64,000 nucleotides of DNA, from the NCBI RefSeq assembly GCF_033723075.1, contig NZ_JAWVXU010000007.1, forward strand, positions 18,845 through 82,844, in the 5' to 3' direction. The position numbers and the translations under genes were made by a program. Below are positions 44,895 through 54,810 of the stretch, in pieces. Numbering within the stretch: the stretch's first letter is position 1; every line of letters begins with the position of its first letter. The notes under the pieces were generated by a model that did no database searches, had not been told where the DNA came from, and saw only the letters and a program-made list of their open reading frames with translations. This DNA comes from Pseudomonas sp. GTDB lineage: Bacteria > Pseudomonadota > Gammaproteobacteria > Pseudomonadales > Pseudomonadaceae.

Positions 44895-47534
44895 TTAACC
44901 CCGCCCCTGCTCCAGCAAATGGCTCATCGCCGTCTTCAGCTTCATCGGCCGTACCGGCTTGTGCATCAGGGTATGGCCGAGTTCGCGCATCTGCTGCTTG
45001 AGTTCGTTGCTGTAGTTGGCGGTGATCATCAGCGCTGGTAGTGGTGTGCTGCGCCTGGAGTTGATCAGGGCCACGGCATCGACGCCGTTATGGCCATCGT
45101 CGAGGTGGTAGTCGGCGATCAGCAGGTCGGCGTCGGCATGGTAGTTGTCGACCTGGCGCGCCAGGTCCTCCTCCGACAGCGCGGTGACCACCTGACAGCC
45201 CCAGGTTTCCAGCAGGGTACGCATGCCGGCGCAAATCGCCGCATCGTTATCCAGCACCCAGATGCGCGAACCGCTGAGGCGCTCGAGCAGCAGGTCAGGC
45301 GCGTCATGCACCACCCGGGCGCGTGGTGCGAGGGTGGTCAGGGGTACTTCGATGGCGAACATCGAGCCCTTGCCCAGCTGCGAGGACACACGGATGCGAT
45401 GGCCGAGCATGCGCGCAATCTTGTCGACGATAGCCAGGCCCAGGCCGAGGCCACGGTCCTGTTTGCGGTGGGTCACGTCACCGCGTTTGAACTCCTGGAA
45501 GATTTCGCCGAGTTTGTCGTCGGCGATGCCGATGCCGGTGTCCCAGACCTCGATCGACAGGCTCTGCCGGTGCCTGCGGCAACCGAGCAGGATGCGCCCG
45601 CTGGTGGTGTAGCGGATGGCGTTGCTCAGCAGGTTGCGCAGGATCCGCGCGAGCAACTGGATGTCACTGCGCACCAGCGCCGAGCTGGCCACGAAGTCCA
45701 GGCACAGGCCTTCGCTGCTGGCGATCTGGTGGTACTCGGCGGCGAGGTTTTCCAGCAGTTCGCTGACGGCGAAGGGGGCGATATCCGGTTTGATCACCCC
45801 GGCATCCAGCTTGGAGATATCCACCAGGGTGCCGAGCAGGCTCTCCACATCCTCCAGGGAATTGCTGACGTTGCGCACCAGCGCGGCACTGTCGGCCAGT
45901 TCGCGCTTCTCCAGCAGCGCGCTGGTGAACAGCCGTGCGGCGTTCAAGGGCTGCAACAGGTCGTGGCTGACGGCGGCGAGGAATTTGGTTTTCGACAGGT
46001 TGGCCTGTTCGGCCTCACCCTTGGCTTCACGCAGGCGTGCTTCCATCTGCGTGCGCTCGTCGATTTCGCAGCGCAGTTGGGCATTGAGGTCGGTGAGTTC
46101 GGCGGTGCGTTCGCGCACCCGCTGTTCCAGGTGTTGATAGGCCTGATGCAAGGCCTCGGCGGTGCGTCGGCGCTCGGTGATGTCGCGGATCAGCACGAAG
46201 ATGCCGAGCACCTCGCCGCTGGCCTGACGATTGGGCACATAGGAACGCAACATATAGCGCTCCTGGCCGTTGTGGTTGGTTTCCGCCACCTCGAAGGTCA
46301 CGCTTTCGCCGGACAAGGCCCGCTCGATATAGGGCTCCAGGCGCCGGCAATGTTCTTCGTTGTGCACCTCGCGCAGGCTCTGGCCGAGCATGGCGCCACG
46401 CGGCCAGCAGTACCATTCCTCGTAGACCTTGTTGGTGAACTCGTAGACCAGATCGGCATTCAGGTAGGCGATCAGCGCCGGCACGTGGTCGGTGATCAGG
46501 CGGATCCAGCGCTCGCTTTCGCTGAGCGCTTCGGCATGTCGATAGCGCTCGGTGATGTCGGTGAACGTGTTGACGAAGCCACCAGTGGGCAGTGGATGGG
46601 TGCGCACCTCGAGCATCCGTCCGTCGAACAGGCGCAGTTCCAGTTCCTCGATGGGCTTGCCGCTGGCATCGCGGCTGTCGGGGGTCAGCAGTTGCAACTC
46701 GCTGTCGGCCATCACCTCGGCGAAGGGCCGATGGGCGTTGATCGGTGCCAGGCCGCAGAGGTCGAGAAAGCGGTGATTCCACAGCTCCAGCTGGCCCTCG
46801 GCATTGACCATGGCCATGCCTTGCGACAGGTTGTCCATGGCGCGCTGCAACAGCCGCGACTTCTGCGCCAGGGCCTGCTCGCGGCGCAGGGTTTCGTTGA
46901 GTTTGACCTCGGTAATGTCGGTGTAGAGGATCACCAGCCCGCCCTCGCGGGTCGGCCGCTCGCTGACCTGCACCCAGCGCCCGTCGCGCAGGCGGTAGAG
47001 CATATGCTCGCCGTCCTTGCCGCGCTGCTCCTCGACCACCAGGCCGGTGCTCTTGCTCAGGCGCTTGATCTCCGTCAGCCGGGTACCCGCGCTGATGCGT
47101 GCACGGCTGTGCTCCCAGAACGACTTGAAGCGACTGTTGAACAGGACGATGCGCTGTTCGCTGTCGAACAGCACGAAGCCATCGGAGATGCTCTCGATGG
47201 CATCGATCAGATGCTGGTGGGCGGTTTCCGCACGCAAACGCGCATCGCTGAGCAATTGGTTGCTGGACTTCAGCTCGGCCATCGCCTGGTTCAGCGCATC
47301 GGTGCGTTCGCGCACCTGTTCGGCGAGTACCACCGAATGCTGGAAGGCCGCGTAGGCATCGTCGCCGCGGGAGTGGACCGACTCGACCCGTTCGATCAGC
47401 GCGGTATTGATGCGCTTGAGCTTGTGGTTATCCCTTTCCAGCGCCGCACAGCGGGCTTGCAGCTCGGCGACATCAGCCTCGACCGGGACGGCCAATGGCG
47501 ACTCCAGTGAAGGTTTGGTTGATGTGCATACCAT
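44895..47534 (-). CDS. nahK: Multi-PAS hybrid histidine kinase NahK/ErcS'-like
   Basis: N-terminal coiled coil AFQHSVVLAEQVRERT, three PAS-like domains, KFLAAVSHDLLQPL, HATPase, C-terminal receiver; 879 aa, resembles PA1976. Confidence 0.82.
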   Translation of the reverse strand: MVCTSTKPSLESPLAVPVEADVAELQARCAALERDNHKLKRINTALIERVESVHSRGDDAYAAFQHSVVLAEQVRERTDALNQAMAELKSSNQLLSDARLRAETAHQHLIDAIESISDGFVLFDSEQRIVLFNSRFKSFWEHSRARISAGTRLTEIKRLSKSTGLVVEEQRGKDGEHMLYRLRDGRWVQVSERPTREGGLVILYTDITEVKLNETLRREQALAQKSRLLQRAMDNLSQGMAMVNAEGQLELWNHRFLDLCGLAPINAHRPFAEVMADSELQLLTPDSRDASGKPIEELELRLFDGRMLEVRTHPLPTGGFVNTFTDITERYRHAEALSESERWIRLITDHVPALIAYLNADLVYEFTNKVYEEWYCWPRGAMLGQSLREVHNEEHCRRLEPYIERALSGESVTFEVAETNHNGQERYMLRSYVPNRQASGEVLGIFVLIRDITERRRTAEALHQAYQHLEQRVRERTAELTDLNAQLRCEIDERTQMEARLREAKGEAEQANLSKTKFLAAVSHDLLQPLNAARLFTSALLEKRELADSAALVRNVSNSLEDVESLLGTLVDISKLDAGVIKPDIAPFAVSELLENLAAEYHQIASSEGLCLDFVASSALVRSDIQLLARILRNLLSNAIRYTTSGRILLGCRRHRQSLSIEVWDTGIGIADDKLGEIFQEFKRGDVTHRKQDRGLGLGLAIVDKIARMLGHRIRVSSQLGKGSMFAIEVPLTTLAPRARVVHDAPDLLLERLSGSRIWVLDNDAAICAGMRTLLETWGCQVVTALSEEDLARQVDNYHADADLLIADYHLDDGHNGVDAVALINSRRSTPLPALMITANYSNELKQQMRELGHTLMHKPVRPMKLKTAMSHLLEQGRG

Positions 47535-48627
47535 TGAACTGCTCCCCGTAGGTATTGAACCCTATGACTTGCTGGCTACGCAGGAAGGCCGAAACCGGCT
47601 CGACGCCACCGTCGTCCTCGATTTCCAGGCGGCGCAGAAAACAATCGCAACCGATGGTCAGCAGCAAGGGGCCGAGGCGCTCGCGCAGACCGTCGAACAG
47701 ATTTTCCAGATTGGGCAATAGCGGCCCGGGACGCATGGCAGTGAGGACGATGCCGTTCTCCACCGCACAATAGAAACTCAGGCTGAGGTCCTCGTTGACC
47801 CGCTGGATCGAACGCACGTAGTACTGGTCGCTGATCCGCACGGCCAGGGGGTTGGCGGCGAATACCCGATGATCGAGGGCCTCCAGCGGCACGCCGATCA
47901 ACTCGGCGTATTCCTGCGCGGCCGGGGCCGCATTCAACTCAAATACCCGGCGGCTGGCGCTGTCGGCCCGGGTGACCACCAGTTTCTCGGCGCAGGGTTC
48001 GATGTGATGGGTGCTGAACACCTCGAAATCCAGCCAGGTGTTGAACAGCACCACCACTGCCGCGCCGGTGTGGAACTGGCCGCCGTAGTAGACGTGGGTA
48101 TGGGTCAGATGATTGTCGTCGCCGGCCGAACCGCCGAAATGTGGAATGCTGCCGAACGCCGCGCTGAGTGCGCCGAGCACCACCTCCTCGCGGCTGGACA
48201 AGCCATCGAGCAGGGTCAGGGCGAAGCTGTGACCCTTGATCGAGGCCAGTTCGTTGGTACGGCAATCCTTGGCCAGACGTTCGACCAATTGCTGGGCGTC
48301 GATCAGGCTGAAACGCTCCATCTCGTCGATCAAGGCACTGGAAATCGAGAAACTGCGGTGATCGAAGCCCACCGCACTGACGCAGCCGCGGCCATAGCCT
48401 TGTGGGGTTATTTCGCCGGCGCTGGTGCAGCCGACCAGGCTGATGCCGCCGAAATACTGATCCAGCGCCTCGCCGAGGCTTTCCAGGTCATATTCCGCCG
48501 AACAGAAGAACAGCACAAAGCCTAGGTGCGGGTGAATCAGCTGGCGCGCCAGTTCCTGCGCCACCAGCTCCACATCCGTGGCGCTAGAGGTCGCGGTGAC
48601 GACGCCTTCAGTCCGTTCCTGCTGCAT
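47473..48627 (-). CDS. nosP: FIST-domain (NosP-like) sensor protein
   Basis: LFFCSAEYDL, VGCTSAGEI, LLDGLS.REE, FGGSAGD, IGCDC.LR.LE, GFNTYGEQ...HINQT; overlaps the nahK start like PA1975-PA1976. Confidence 0.85.
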   Translation of the reverse strand: MQQERTEGVVTATSSATDVELVAQELARQLIHPHLGFVLFFCSAEYDLESLGEALDQYFGGISLVGCTSAGEITPQGYGRGCVSAVGFDHRSFSISSALIDEMERFSLIDAQQLVERLAKDCRTNELASIKGHSFALTLLDGLSSREEVVLGALSAAFGSIPHFGGSAGDDNHLTHTHVYYGGQFHTGAAVVVLFNTWLDFEVFSTHHIEPCAEKLVVTRADSASRRVFELNAAPAAQEYAELIGVPLEALDHRVFAANPLAVRISDQYYVRSIQRVNEDLSLSFYCAVENGIVLTAMRPGPLLPNLENLFDGLRERLGPLLLTIGCDCFLRRLEIEDDGGVEPVSAFLRSQQVIGFNTYGEQFNGMHINQTFTGVAIGRPGRG

Positions 48628-48744
48628 AGCTTGCCCCAATAAAAAACCCACCTGTCATGGGATGATTCTACGAAGCTCTCCGGTTATGCCCCATGCAACT
48701 TGAGTCCTGTCGGCCTACTCCCTAAGTAGTGGTGCATCACAGCA

Positions 48745-49140
48745 TCAGGAGGACAACGGCCAGAACAGCAGGGTCAGCAACAATAATCCGGCGTAGAAGG
48801 CGATTTCCAGCGTCTCGCTGAGCGGCTGGATACGCCGCAAGGCGCCATAGACGTGCACCACGATCATCATCAGCGCCGTGGCGGCGAGCAGTTCAAAAAC
48901 CGTGTGAATGGCTTCACCCGTTAGGGCGGCGCGCAGCATCACGGCTTCGAGGATCAGGATAAATGCACCCAGACAGCGGCCGAAATACACCGCCAGGTCA
49001 GTCTGCGTGGGTATCCGCCACCCCATCAACCGGGCCCAGGTCAGCGGAACGAGAAAGATCGGTAAAGCAAAGACCAGCGTGGTCGCGACGGTCAGGATCA
49101 GCAGGTAATCAGCCGCCGAATCACTCCATATCCCCAGCAT
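48745..49140 (-). CDS. Hypothetical 4-TM membrane protein
   Basis: 131 aa, four hydrophobic segments, AAAGGA RBS, YFGRCLG motif. Confidence 0.75.
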   Translation of the reverse strand: MLGIWSDSAADYLLILTVATTLVFALPIFLVPLTWARLMGWRIPTQTDLAVYFGRCLGAFILILEAVMLRAALTGEAIHTVFELLAATALMMIVVHVYGALRRIQPLSETLEIAFYAGLLLLTLLFWPLSS

Positions 49141-49180
49141 CGGTGCATCCTTTCATGAACCTTGGGTAAGTACGGCGCAC

Positions 49181-49273
49181 TCAGAGGCAGCGCATCAGCA
49201 CAATCGGCAGGGCGAGGAACAAGCCGGTTACCGGAAGCAGAATCAGCAACAAATCCAGGCTATCGATCAGCAT
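49181..49273 (-). CDS. Unannotated 30-aa single-TM peptide
   Basis: MLIDSLDLLLILLPVTGLFLALPIVLMRCL; strong RBS GGAGGTGGAA-ATG; below the ORF-track size cutoff. Confidence 0.55.
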   Translation of the reverse strand: MLIDSLDLLLILLPVTGLFLALPIVLMRCL

Positions 49274-49372
49274 TTCCACCTCCATCAAGGGCAACAGCCC
49301 CCAGGCGCCCCACTGGCGCCTACAAATAAAAACCGGACAGGTTTGCCCTGTCCGGTTGTTTCACCGCACGAA

Positions 49373-50551
49373 TTACCAGTTCAGTACGGCACCGACGGCG
49401 AAGGTGTCGGTGTCTTCGTTCAGACCGCTGCCGGTGGCGGCGTCGATCTCGAACTGGTTGTATTCGGCAACCAGCTTGAGGTTGTCGTTGATGGTGCGGA
49501 AGTAGGCAATGCCGCGGGTCTCGTAGTCGGCGGCGGTGCCCAGGCCGTTACCGTCGTCCTCGGTCTTGCCGTAGGACAGCGCCACGCGGTTCTTGCCGAA
49601 GGTGTAGGAGGTCTGCAGCAGGTAACCGTCGCTGTCCACTTCGCGCAGCGTGGCCTGACCGGCGTTGTTGGTATAGAACGGGTTCATACCCTCGGCCTGG
49701 AAACCCGAACCGGTTACCGAGAAGCCGCCTATCTTGGCCTGGACGCCATAACCAAGACCCTGCGAGGTAACCGAGTCGACGTCGGAATCGGTGTTGTCCG
49801 AAGTCTGGTGGGCACCGTTGATCCAGGAGTAGATCTTCGCGCCGGCCACTTCGAACTCGTAGGTGATCTCGGTTTCGAAGCGCGGGCTCTCCTGGTAGGC
49901 CTTGCCGTCAGCGTCGATCTGGTTGGAGTCGTAGGGATCCATGATCCCGGCGGCCACCCGCAAGCCGCCCATTTTCGGACTGCGGTAGGTGATCTGCGCG
50001 GTAGGGAACGGATAGGGATAACCGCTGCCGATATTGCCGAAGGACACCCCGCCGAAGTCGACCAGACCGAGGGTATCGCTGACCTGGCCATAACCGGACA
50101 GCAGTTCGTCGAGGAAGATGTTGGAACGGGCGAACAGGCCGAAATCCTTACCCACCAGCACTTCGCCCCACTCGCTACCCACGGTACCGTAGAACTGCCG
50201 CACGTCGATGGCAGTGCTGGTGCCGTTCTGTTCACTGTCGTTGATGGTGACCCAGAACGAAGAACGCGCGCCGAGTTTCAGGTCGTCGACCTGCTTGCCG
50301 AAGTTGAAACCGATCCAGTTGGGCAGAAAGCCCATCTTCACCCGCGACTGGCGACGGTCGAAGGTGTCACCCTCGCGATCCACATCGCTGTTGACGTAGA
50401 AGGCGTTGATATAGCCATCGGTGGAGAAGGTGGTGTCGTCCTGGTCATACAGGACGATTTCTGCGGCCGCTTGCTGGGCTGTTGCCAGTGCGACGGCGGC
50501 AGTCAGAGCCAGAGGCAGGAATCGGGTGTTGGCGATCTTCTTGTTGTTCAT
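49373..50551 (-). CDS. Outer-membrane porin (PA1974-like)
   Basis: Signal peptide, alternating amphipathic strands, C-terminal aromatic residue (...GAVLNW); syntenic between pqqF and nosP. Confidence 0.85.
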   Translation of the reverse strand: MNNKKIANTRFLPLALTAAVALATAQQAAAEIVLYDQDDTTFSTDGYINAFYVNSDVDREGDTFDRRQSRVKMGFLPNWIGFNFGKQVDDLKLGARSSFWVTINDSEQNGTSTAIDVRQFYGTVGSEWGEVLVGKDFGLFARSNIFLDELLSGYGQVSDTLGLVDFGGVSFGNIGSGYPYPFPTAQITYRSPKMGGLRVAAGIMDPYDSNQIDADGKAYQESPRFETEITYEFEVAGAKIYSWINGAHQTSDNTDSDVDSVTSQGLGYGVQAKIGGFSVTGSGFQAEGMNPFYTNNAGQATLREVDSDGYLLQTSYTFGKNRVALSYGKTEDDGNGLGTAADYETRGIAYFRTINDNLKLVAEYNQFEIDAATGSGLNEDTDTFAVGAVLNW

Positions 50552-50818
50552 AACGCTCTCCGCTTGAGGGACGACCATCGGTCAGTCGGTTCGGAGGCGA
50601 TTATCGAAAAGCATGGCGCCCGGCCATACGCTGCTATGGCGCTGGTTGCCTGCTGCTTTGGCCGGTCTCGGCGGCGCGCACAATAAGACGTAAGACCTGG
50701 CCAGACTATGGAGCAAGCCAAAGGTCGTAGGCCTTTGTTGCGAAGCGCACGACGATCTGACGCCAGACCGGCGACATACCCGGGGCGGAGAAATATAAGG
50801 AGGAAGTAGCGCAGCTGA

Positions 50819-53359
50819 TCAGCTTGGCGATGACCAACCCGATGTCGGCGTGGCGGCAGTGGCCAGTACCCGCCAACCACCCTGAGCCTCGCTCAGTCGA
50901 CGATGGGCATCCAACAGCTGCGATCGTTCGAGCTTCGCCAAGGCCTGCAACACGGCCATCTCGTGCTGCCCGGACAAGCCGGCCAGGTGTGCTTGCCAGT
51001 GCCGTTCGGCAAGCTCCTGCAGACTGCTCGTTTGCGCCTGCCGGCGCAGCTCGGCGGCCATCAGCATCAAAGCCCGATCATCGATTGCTGCCAGGCGCTC
51101 ACCCTGGGTCTGAAGAAAGGCCTCGATATGCTCGAGGACTTGTTCCGCCGACGCATGTGGCGACTGCACGGCAAATAGAATGCCGCGATGCGCCTGCACC
51201 TGGCGGAATCCGCAAAATACCGCATAGCCCAGTTGCAGCTCACTGCGCAGACGCCGGAAAAAATCCCCCTGGGAAAACTGCGCGAGCAATCGCCAAGCAG
51301 CCTCGGTCGCGGCATCCGTGGCCGGCAACGGGCAGAACAGCAGCAACGCCGAGTCACTGCAATCGATAACGGCGTCTTGCCAGTAACGCCCGGCAGGCCC
51401 CATTGCCGGCGCGTCAGCCGTATGCAGCGGCGCTACCGAGTGGAACATTCGCTCGATCTCGGCTTGGCCGGCGGTATCGACCCCCACGCCCAGACCGTCG
51501 AACCGCGCCTGCCGGTAGCACTCGTGCAGACGTTGCGGGTTCAAGGTGGCGCACTCGCGCCAGGGCGGCGCGAACAACTCGGGCAAGCGTCTGAGCAACT
51601 GACGAAAAGGCATCTCGGCTTGCGCCCGAGCTGCAGCCTGTCGGGCCTCGCGCCGGCCTTGCGGCCAGGCACCAGGCGCGGGGCGAAGCAACACTGGCAG
51701 CACCTGTTGCATTACCGCAGGCAACAAACCCACAGGTCCGTGCAGCGACAGTTGCCACCCCTCATCCCGGGCGACCAACTGCAAGGCGACCCCAACCTCC
51801 GCCGCATCGGCCTCCAGGCTACGCAACGCCACCCCGAGCAGTGCCTGCAACATGACTGCGTCGACCCGCTCGGCCAGACTACAGCGCCAGTAAAGCACGC
51901 CTTGTCCGGCCGAGGCTTGAGCTGGCAACCAACGCACCCGGGCCTCGATGCCAAGAGCAGGCACCACAGCAGCTGCAGGGTCGAGAAACGGATTGGCCGG
52001 CGGCAACTGCCACGCCCAGGTACAAGACGCTGCGCTTACCGGCGGCTCGGACTGCATGTGCAAGGCAAAGCCAGGCGCCGGCCAACTCGGCATTGACTCG
52101 GCGCTGGCGAATAGCCTGACCAGTCGCCGAGCATCCTGCATCTGCTCCAGCACCGCAGCCATCGCGACCTGGCCTGCCCCGCTCAAGCCGTCACCCGGAT
52201 CCCAGTCAGCCGCCAGGCAATCCTGCCAATGAATGGCCAGGGCCAGTGGTGGCAAGCTGTGTCGGCGACAATGCTGGATCGCCCGATAGCGCTCATGCAA
52301 CGCCTCGCCCTGACCGGCAGCAGCAAAGAAACCCAGCCAGCCCAGTACGGCGGCCACAACCGCTGCCTGGCTTGCGCCCGCCTCGTCGACGCCAGCAACG
52401 CTCAACAGCAACATGGCCTGATCGGCGTAGCGATACACCACCCGACTCTGCAACGCCTGGCACATGCCTGCCTCGCGCAAGCCGGCGAGCAAACCGCCCG
52501 GCGCCTCGGAACGCAGCCAGGTCTGCAGAAAATCCAGTGCCGCGTCCAAGCCAGGCGGCGCCCATTCGAGGGCGAACGCCAATTGCAGGGATGACACACC
52601 AGCGGGCTGGGTCATGCGCAACTGCTGCACCCGCAACGGTAATAACGGTGCCGGGGACGACTGCCGCTGCCTGCCGCGTCCCGGCAACGTTGCGCCGCGA
52701 TGCCGGGCCAGCTCATTCAGCACATCGGTCGTCTGCGGGCCAACCAACAGCAGCGACAGTTGTCCGGCCTGGTAGAAACGCTGGTGAAATGCCTGCAACG
52801 CCTGCTGGAACGCGGCCTGTTCGACGGCCAGGGTGTCACGGTTGCCGGCCTGGAAAGCCGCAAAGCGGTGTCCGACTGGCAACGCCTGGCCCAGCGCCAC
52901 CGACACCAGGGTGTCGGGATCCTGGCCGCGGGCGAGAAACTCGGCATGCACCACCTCGCGCTCGCGCAACTGCGACGCCTCCTCCAGCAGCGGATTGGCC
53001 AGCATGTCGAGCAACCGCGCCAGCGCCTCGTCGAGCCACTCCGCCGGCACCTCACAGAAATAATCGGTGTGCCGCGCCTGGGTCGAGGCATTGACCTGCC
53101 CGCCACAGGCCTGCACGAACGCCATCAGACTATGCTCGACGGCAAAGCCGCTGCTGCCGAGAAACAACAGGTGCTCGAGAAAATGCGCCATGCCGGGGTA
53201 TTCATCCGGCTCGTCATGGCTGCCCGCGGCGACCCGCACGCTGATCGCCGCCTTGGCCGTACCCGGCAGGCTGAGCACGGCCACCTGTAGCCCGTTGGCC
53301 AACTGCCGGGACTCGGGCAGGGCAACCTTGACCGGCGGTAAGTTACAGGCGGCAGGCAT
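50819..53359 (-). CDS. pqqF: PQQ biosynthesis M16 protease PqqF
   Basis: V.AGS.DEP..YPG.AHFLEH inverted zinc motif, GGQVNAST, F.AGNRDTL, FF.RLR.E.QLGYAVF; start approximate. Confidence 0.88.
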   Translation of the reverse strand: MPAACNLPPVKVALPESRQLANGLQVAVLSLPGTAKAAISVRVAAGSHDEPDEYPGMAHFLEHLLFLGSSGFAVEHSLMAFVQACGGQVNASTQARHTDYFCEVPAEWLDEALARLLDMLANPLLEEASQLREREVVHAEFLARGQDPDTLVSVALGQALPVGHRFAAFQAGNRDTLAVEQAAFQQALQAFHQRFYQAGQLSLLLVGPQTTDVLNELARHRGATLPGRGRQRQSSPAPLLPLRVQQLRMTQPAGVSSLQLAFALEWAPPGLDAALDFLQTWLRSEAPGGLLAGLREAGMCQALQSRVVYRYADQAMLLLSVAGVDEAGASQAAVVAAVLGWLGFFAAAGQGEALHERYRAIQHCRRHSLPPLALAIHWQDCLAADWDPGDGLSGAGQVAMAAVLEQMQDARRLVRLFASAESMPSWPAPGFALHMQSEPPVSAASCTWAWQLPPANPFLDPAAAVVPALGIEARVRWLPAQASAGQGVLYWRCSLAERVDAVMLQALLGVALRSLEADAAEVGVALQLVARDEGWQLSLHGPVGLLPAVMQQVLPVLLRPAPGAWPQGRREARQAAARAQAEMPFRQLLRRLPELFAPPWRECATLNPQRLHECYRQARFDGLGVGVDTAGQAEIERMFHSVAPLHTADAPAMGPAGRYWQDAVIDCSDSALLLFCPLPATDAATEAAWRLLAQFSQGDFFRRLRSELQLGYAVFCGFRQVQAHRGILFAVQSPHASAEQVLEHIEAFLQTQGERLAAIDDRALMLMAAELRRQAQTSSLQELAERHWQAHLAGLSGQHEMAVLQALAKLERSQLLDAHRRLSEAQGGWRVLATAATPTSGWSSPS

Positions 53360-53609
53360 AACGCGACTCGGCTCTGACAGATTTCGACATTTCAGCATCA
53401 AGCACCGGACGCGTGAAGGGCAATAGTGCTTTGGACGTAGCCGACTGTTTTTTTCCACAACCGTAATGCCGCTTGCGCCCTACGCACCGTCTCAGGCTCA
53501 GCGCGGCCAAAAGGCCGGGTAAAGAGTAGATAGCCCGGATAAACCGCGCTGCGTACGAGCGCAGGAAGACATCGGCTAGCGTCGCGGCCGCCAGGTCATC
53601 AGCAACGGC

Positions 53610-54602
53610 TCAGCCGCCGCTGGCGTTCATGAAGCGCAGGATTTTCACCTCGCCAGCGGCGCTGAATTCGTGGCGCAGTGGTTTGCGTTGCAGCGCCTGC
53701 TGCACCGCGTCGATGATCGGTTGATCGTCCAGCGGGTAGCGGCGCACCAGGGCGCGCAGGTCGATGGCGTTTTCATGGCCCAGGCACAACAACAGGCGGC
53801 CTTCGACGGTCAGGCGCACGCGGTTACAGGTGCTGCAGAAGTTGTGTGAATTCGGTGAAATGAAGCCGATACGGGTAGCCGCATGCTCCTTCAGGCGCAT
53901 GTAGCGCGCCGGTCCGCCGCTGTGTTCGGCGCTGTCGAGCAGGGCATGGCGGCTGCCGATCAGCTTGCGTACCTCTTCGCTGGAGCAGTACGACTCGCCG
54001 CGCGAACGGCCGACATCGCCCAGGGGCATTTCTTCGATGAAGCTGATATCCAGCTGTTTGGCGATGGCGTAGTCGACCAGGTCGAGCACTTCATCGAAGT
54101 TGCGTCCTTTCATGACGACCGCGTTGAGCTTGATCCGCTCGAAGCCGGCATCGCGCGCCGCTTCGATGCCGTCCAGTACCTGGCGCAGGCTGCCGGTGCG
54201 GGTGATGCCGCGAAATTTGCCGGCATCCAGGCTGTCGAGGCTGATGTTCAGGCGCTTGACCCCGGCCTCGGCCAGCGGCCTGGCCAGCTTGACCAGTTGC
54301 GAGCCGTTGCTGGTCATCACCAGTTCGCGCAGGCCGGGCAAGGCGGCGATGCGTTGGCACAGCTCGACGATGCCGTTGCGCACCAGGGGTTCGCCGCCGG
54401 TCAGGCGGATCTTCTTCACTCCCAGGCCGACGAACAGCGCCGCCAGCCGATACAGTTCCTCGATCCCGAGCACCTGCTGACGTGGCAGGAAGGTCATGTC
54501 TTCGGCCATGCAATAGACACAGCGAAAATCACAACGGTCGGTAACCGACATGCGCAGGTAATCGACTGTGCGGCCGAAGCCATCCTGCAGTTGTGTGTCC
54601 AT
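53610..54602 (-). CDS. moaA: GTP 3',8-cyclase (molybdenum cofactor biosynthesis)
   Basis: [18 protein letters not shown] radical-SAM motif, LTGGEPL, FC..CNRVRLT.EG.L.LCL, C-terminal GG. Confidence 0.96.
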   Translation of the reverse strand: MDTQLQDGFGRTVDYLRMSVTDRCDFRCVYCMAEDMTFLPRQQVLGIEELYRLAALFVGLGVKKIRLTGGEPLVRNGIVELCQRIAALPGLRELVMTSNGSQLVKLARPLAEAGVKRLNISLDSLDAGKFRGITRTGSLRQVLDGIEAARDAGFERIKLNAVVMKGRNFDEVLDLVDYAIAKQLDISFIEEMPLGDVGRSRGESYCSSEEVRKLIGSRHALLDSAEHSGGPARYMRLKEHAATRIGFISPNSHNFCSTCNRVRLTVEGRLLLCLGHENAIDLRALVRRYPLDDQPIIDAVQQALQRKPLRHEFSAAGEVKILRFMNASGG

Positions 54603-54663
54603 CGTTCCTCCGATAGCCGGGCTACCTATTGCTGTTAGCATCCAGCGTAAGGCCTGCGATCTC

Positions 54664-54807
54664 GTAGGGTGGATGACGCTTTATCCATCCACCAATTGCG
54701 GTGGTGGATGAAAAAGGTGTCATCCACCCTACCCACTTCCCGTAGCCCGGATGCAATCCGGGGAATTGCGCGCCGACAAGATTGTTCCCGGATTGCATCC
54801 GGGCTAT
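54664..54807. repeat. Two adjacent REP doublets of different families
   Basis: GTAGGGTGGATGAC...GTCATCCACCCTAC (54664-54732) and GTAGCCCGGATGCAATCCGGG...CCCGGATTGCATCCGGGCTAT (54742-54807). Confidence 0.88.
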
Positions 54808-54810
54808 GCA

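Noticed and set aside
54664-54807. Repeat clusters as a possible CRISPR array (also 44696-44878)
   Set aside because: Inverted REP doublets rather than regularly spaced direct repeats; no cas genes
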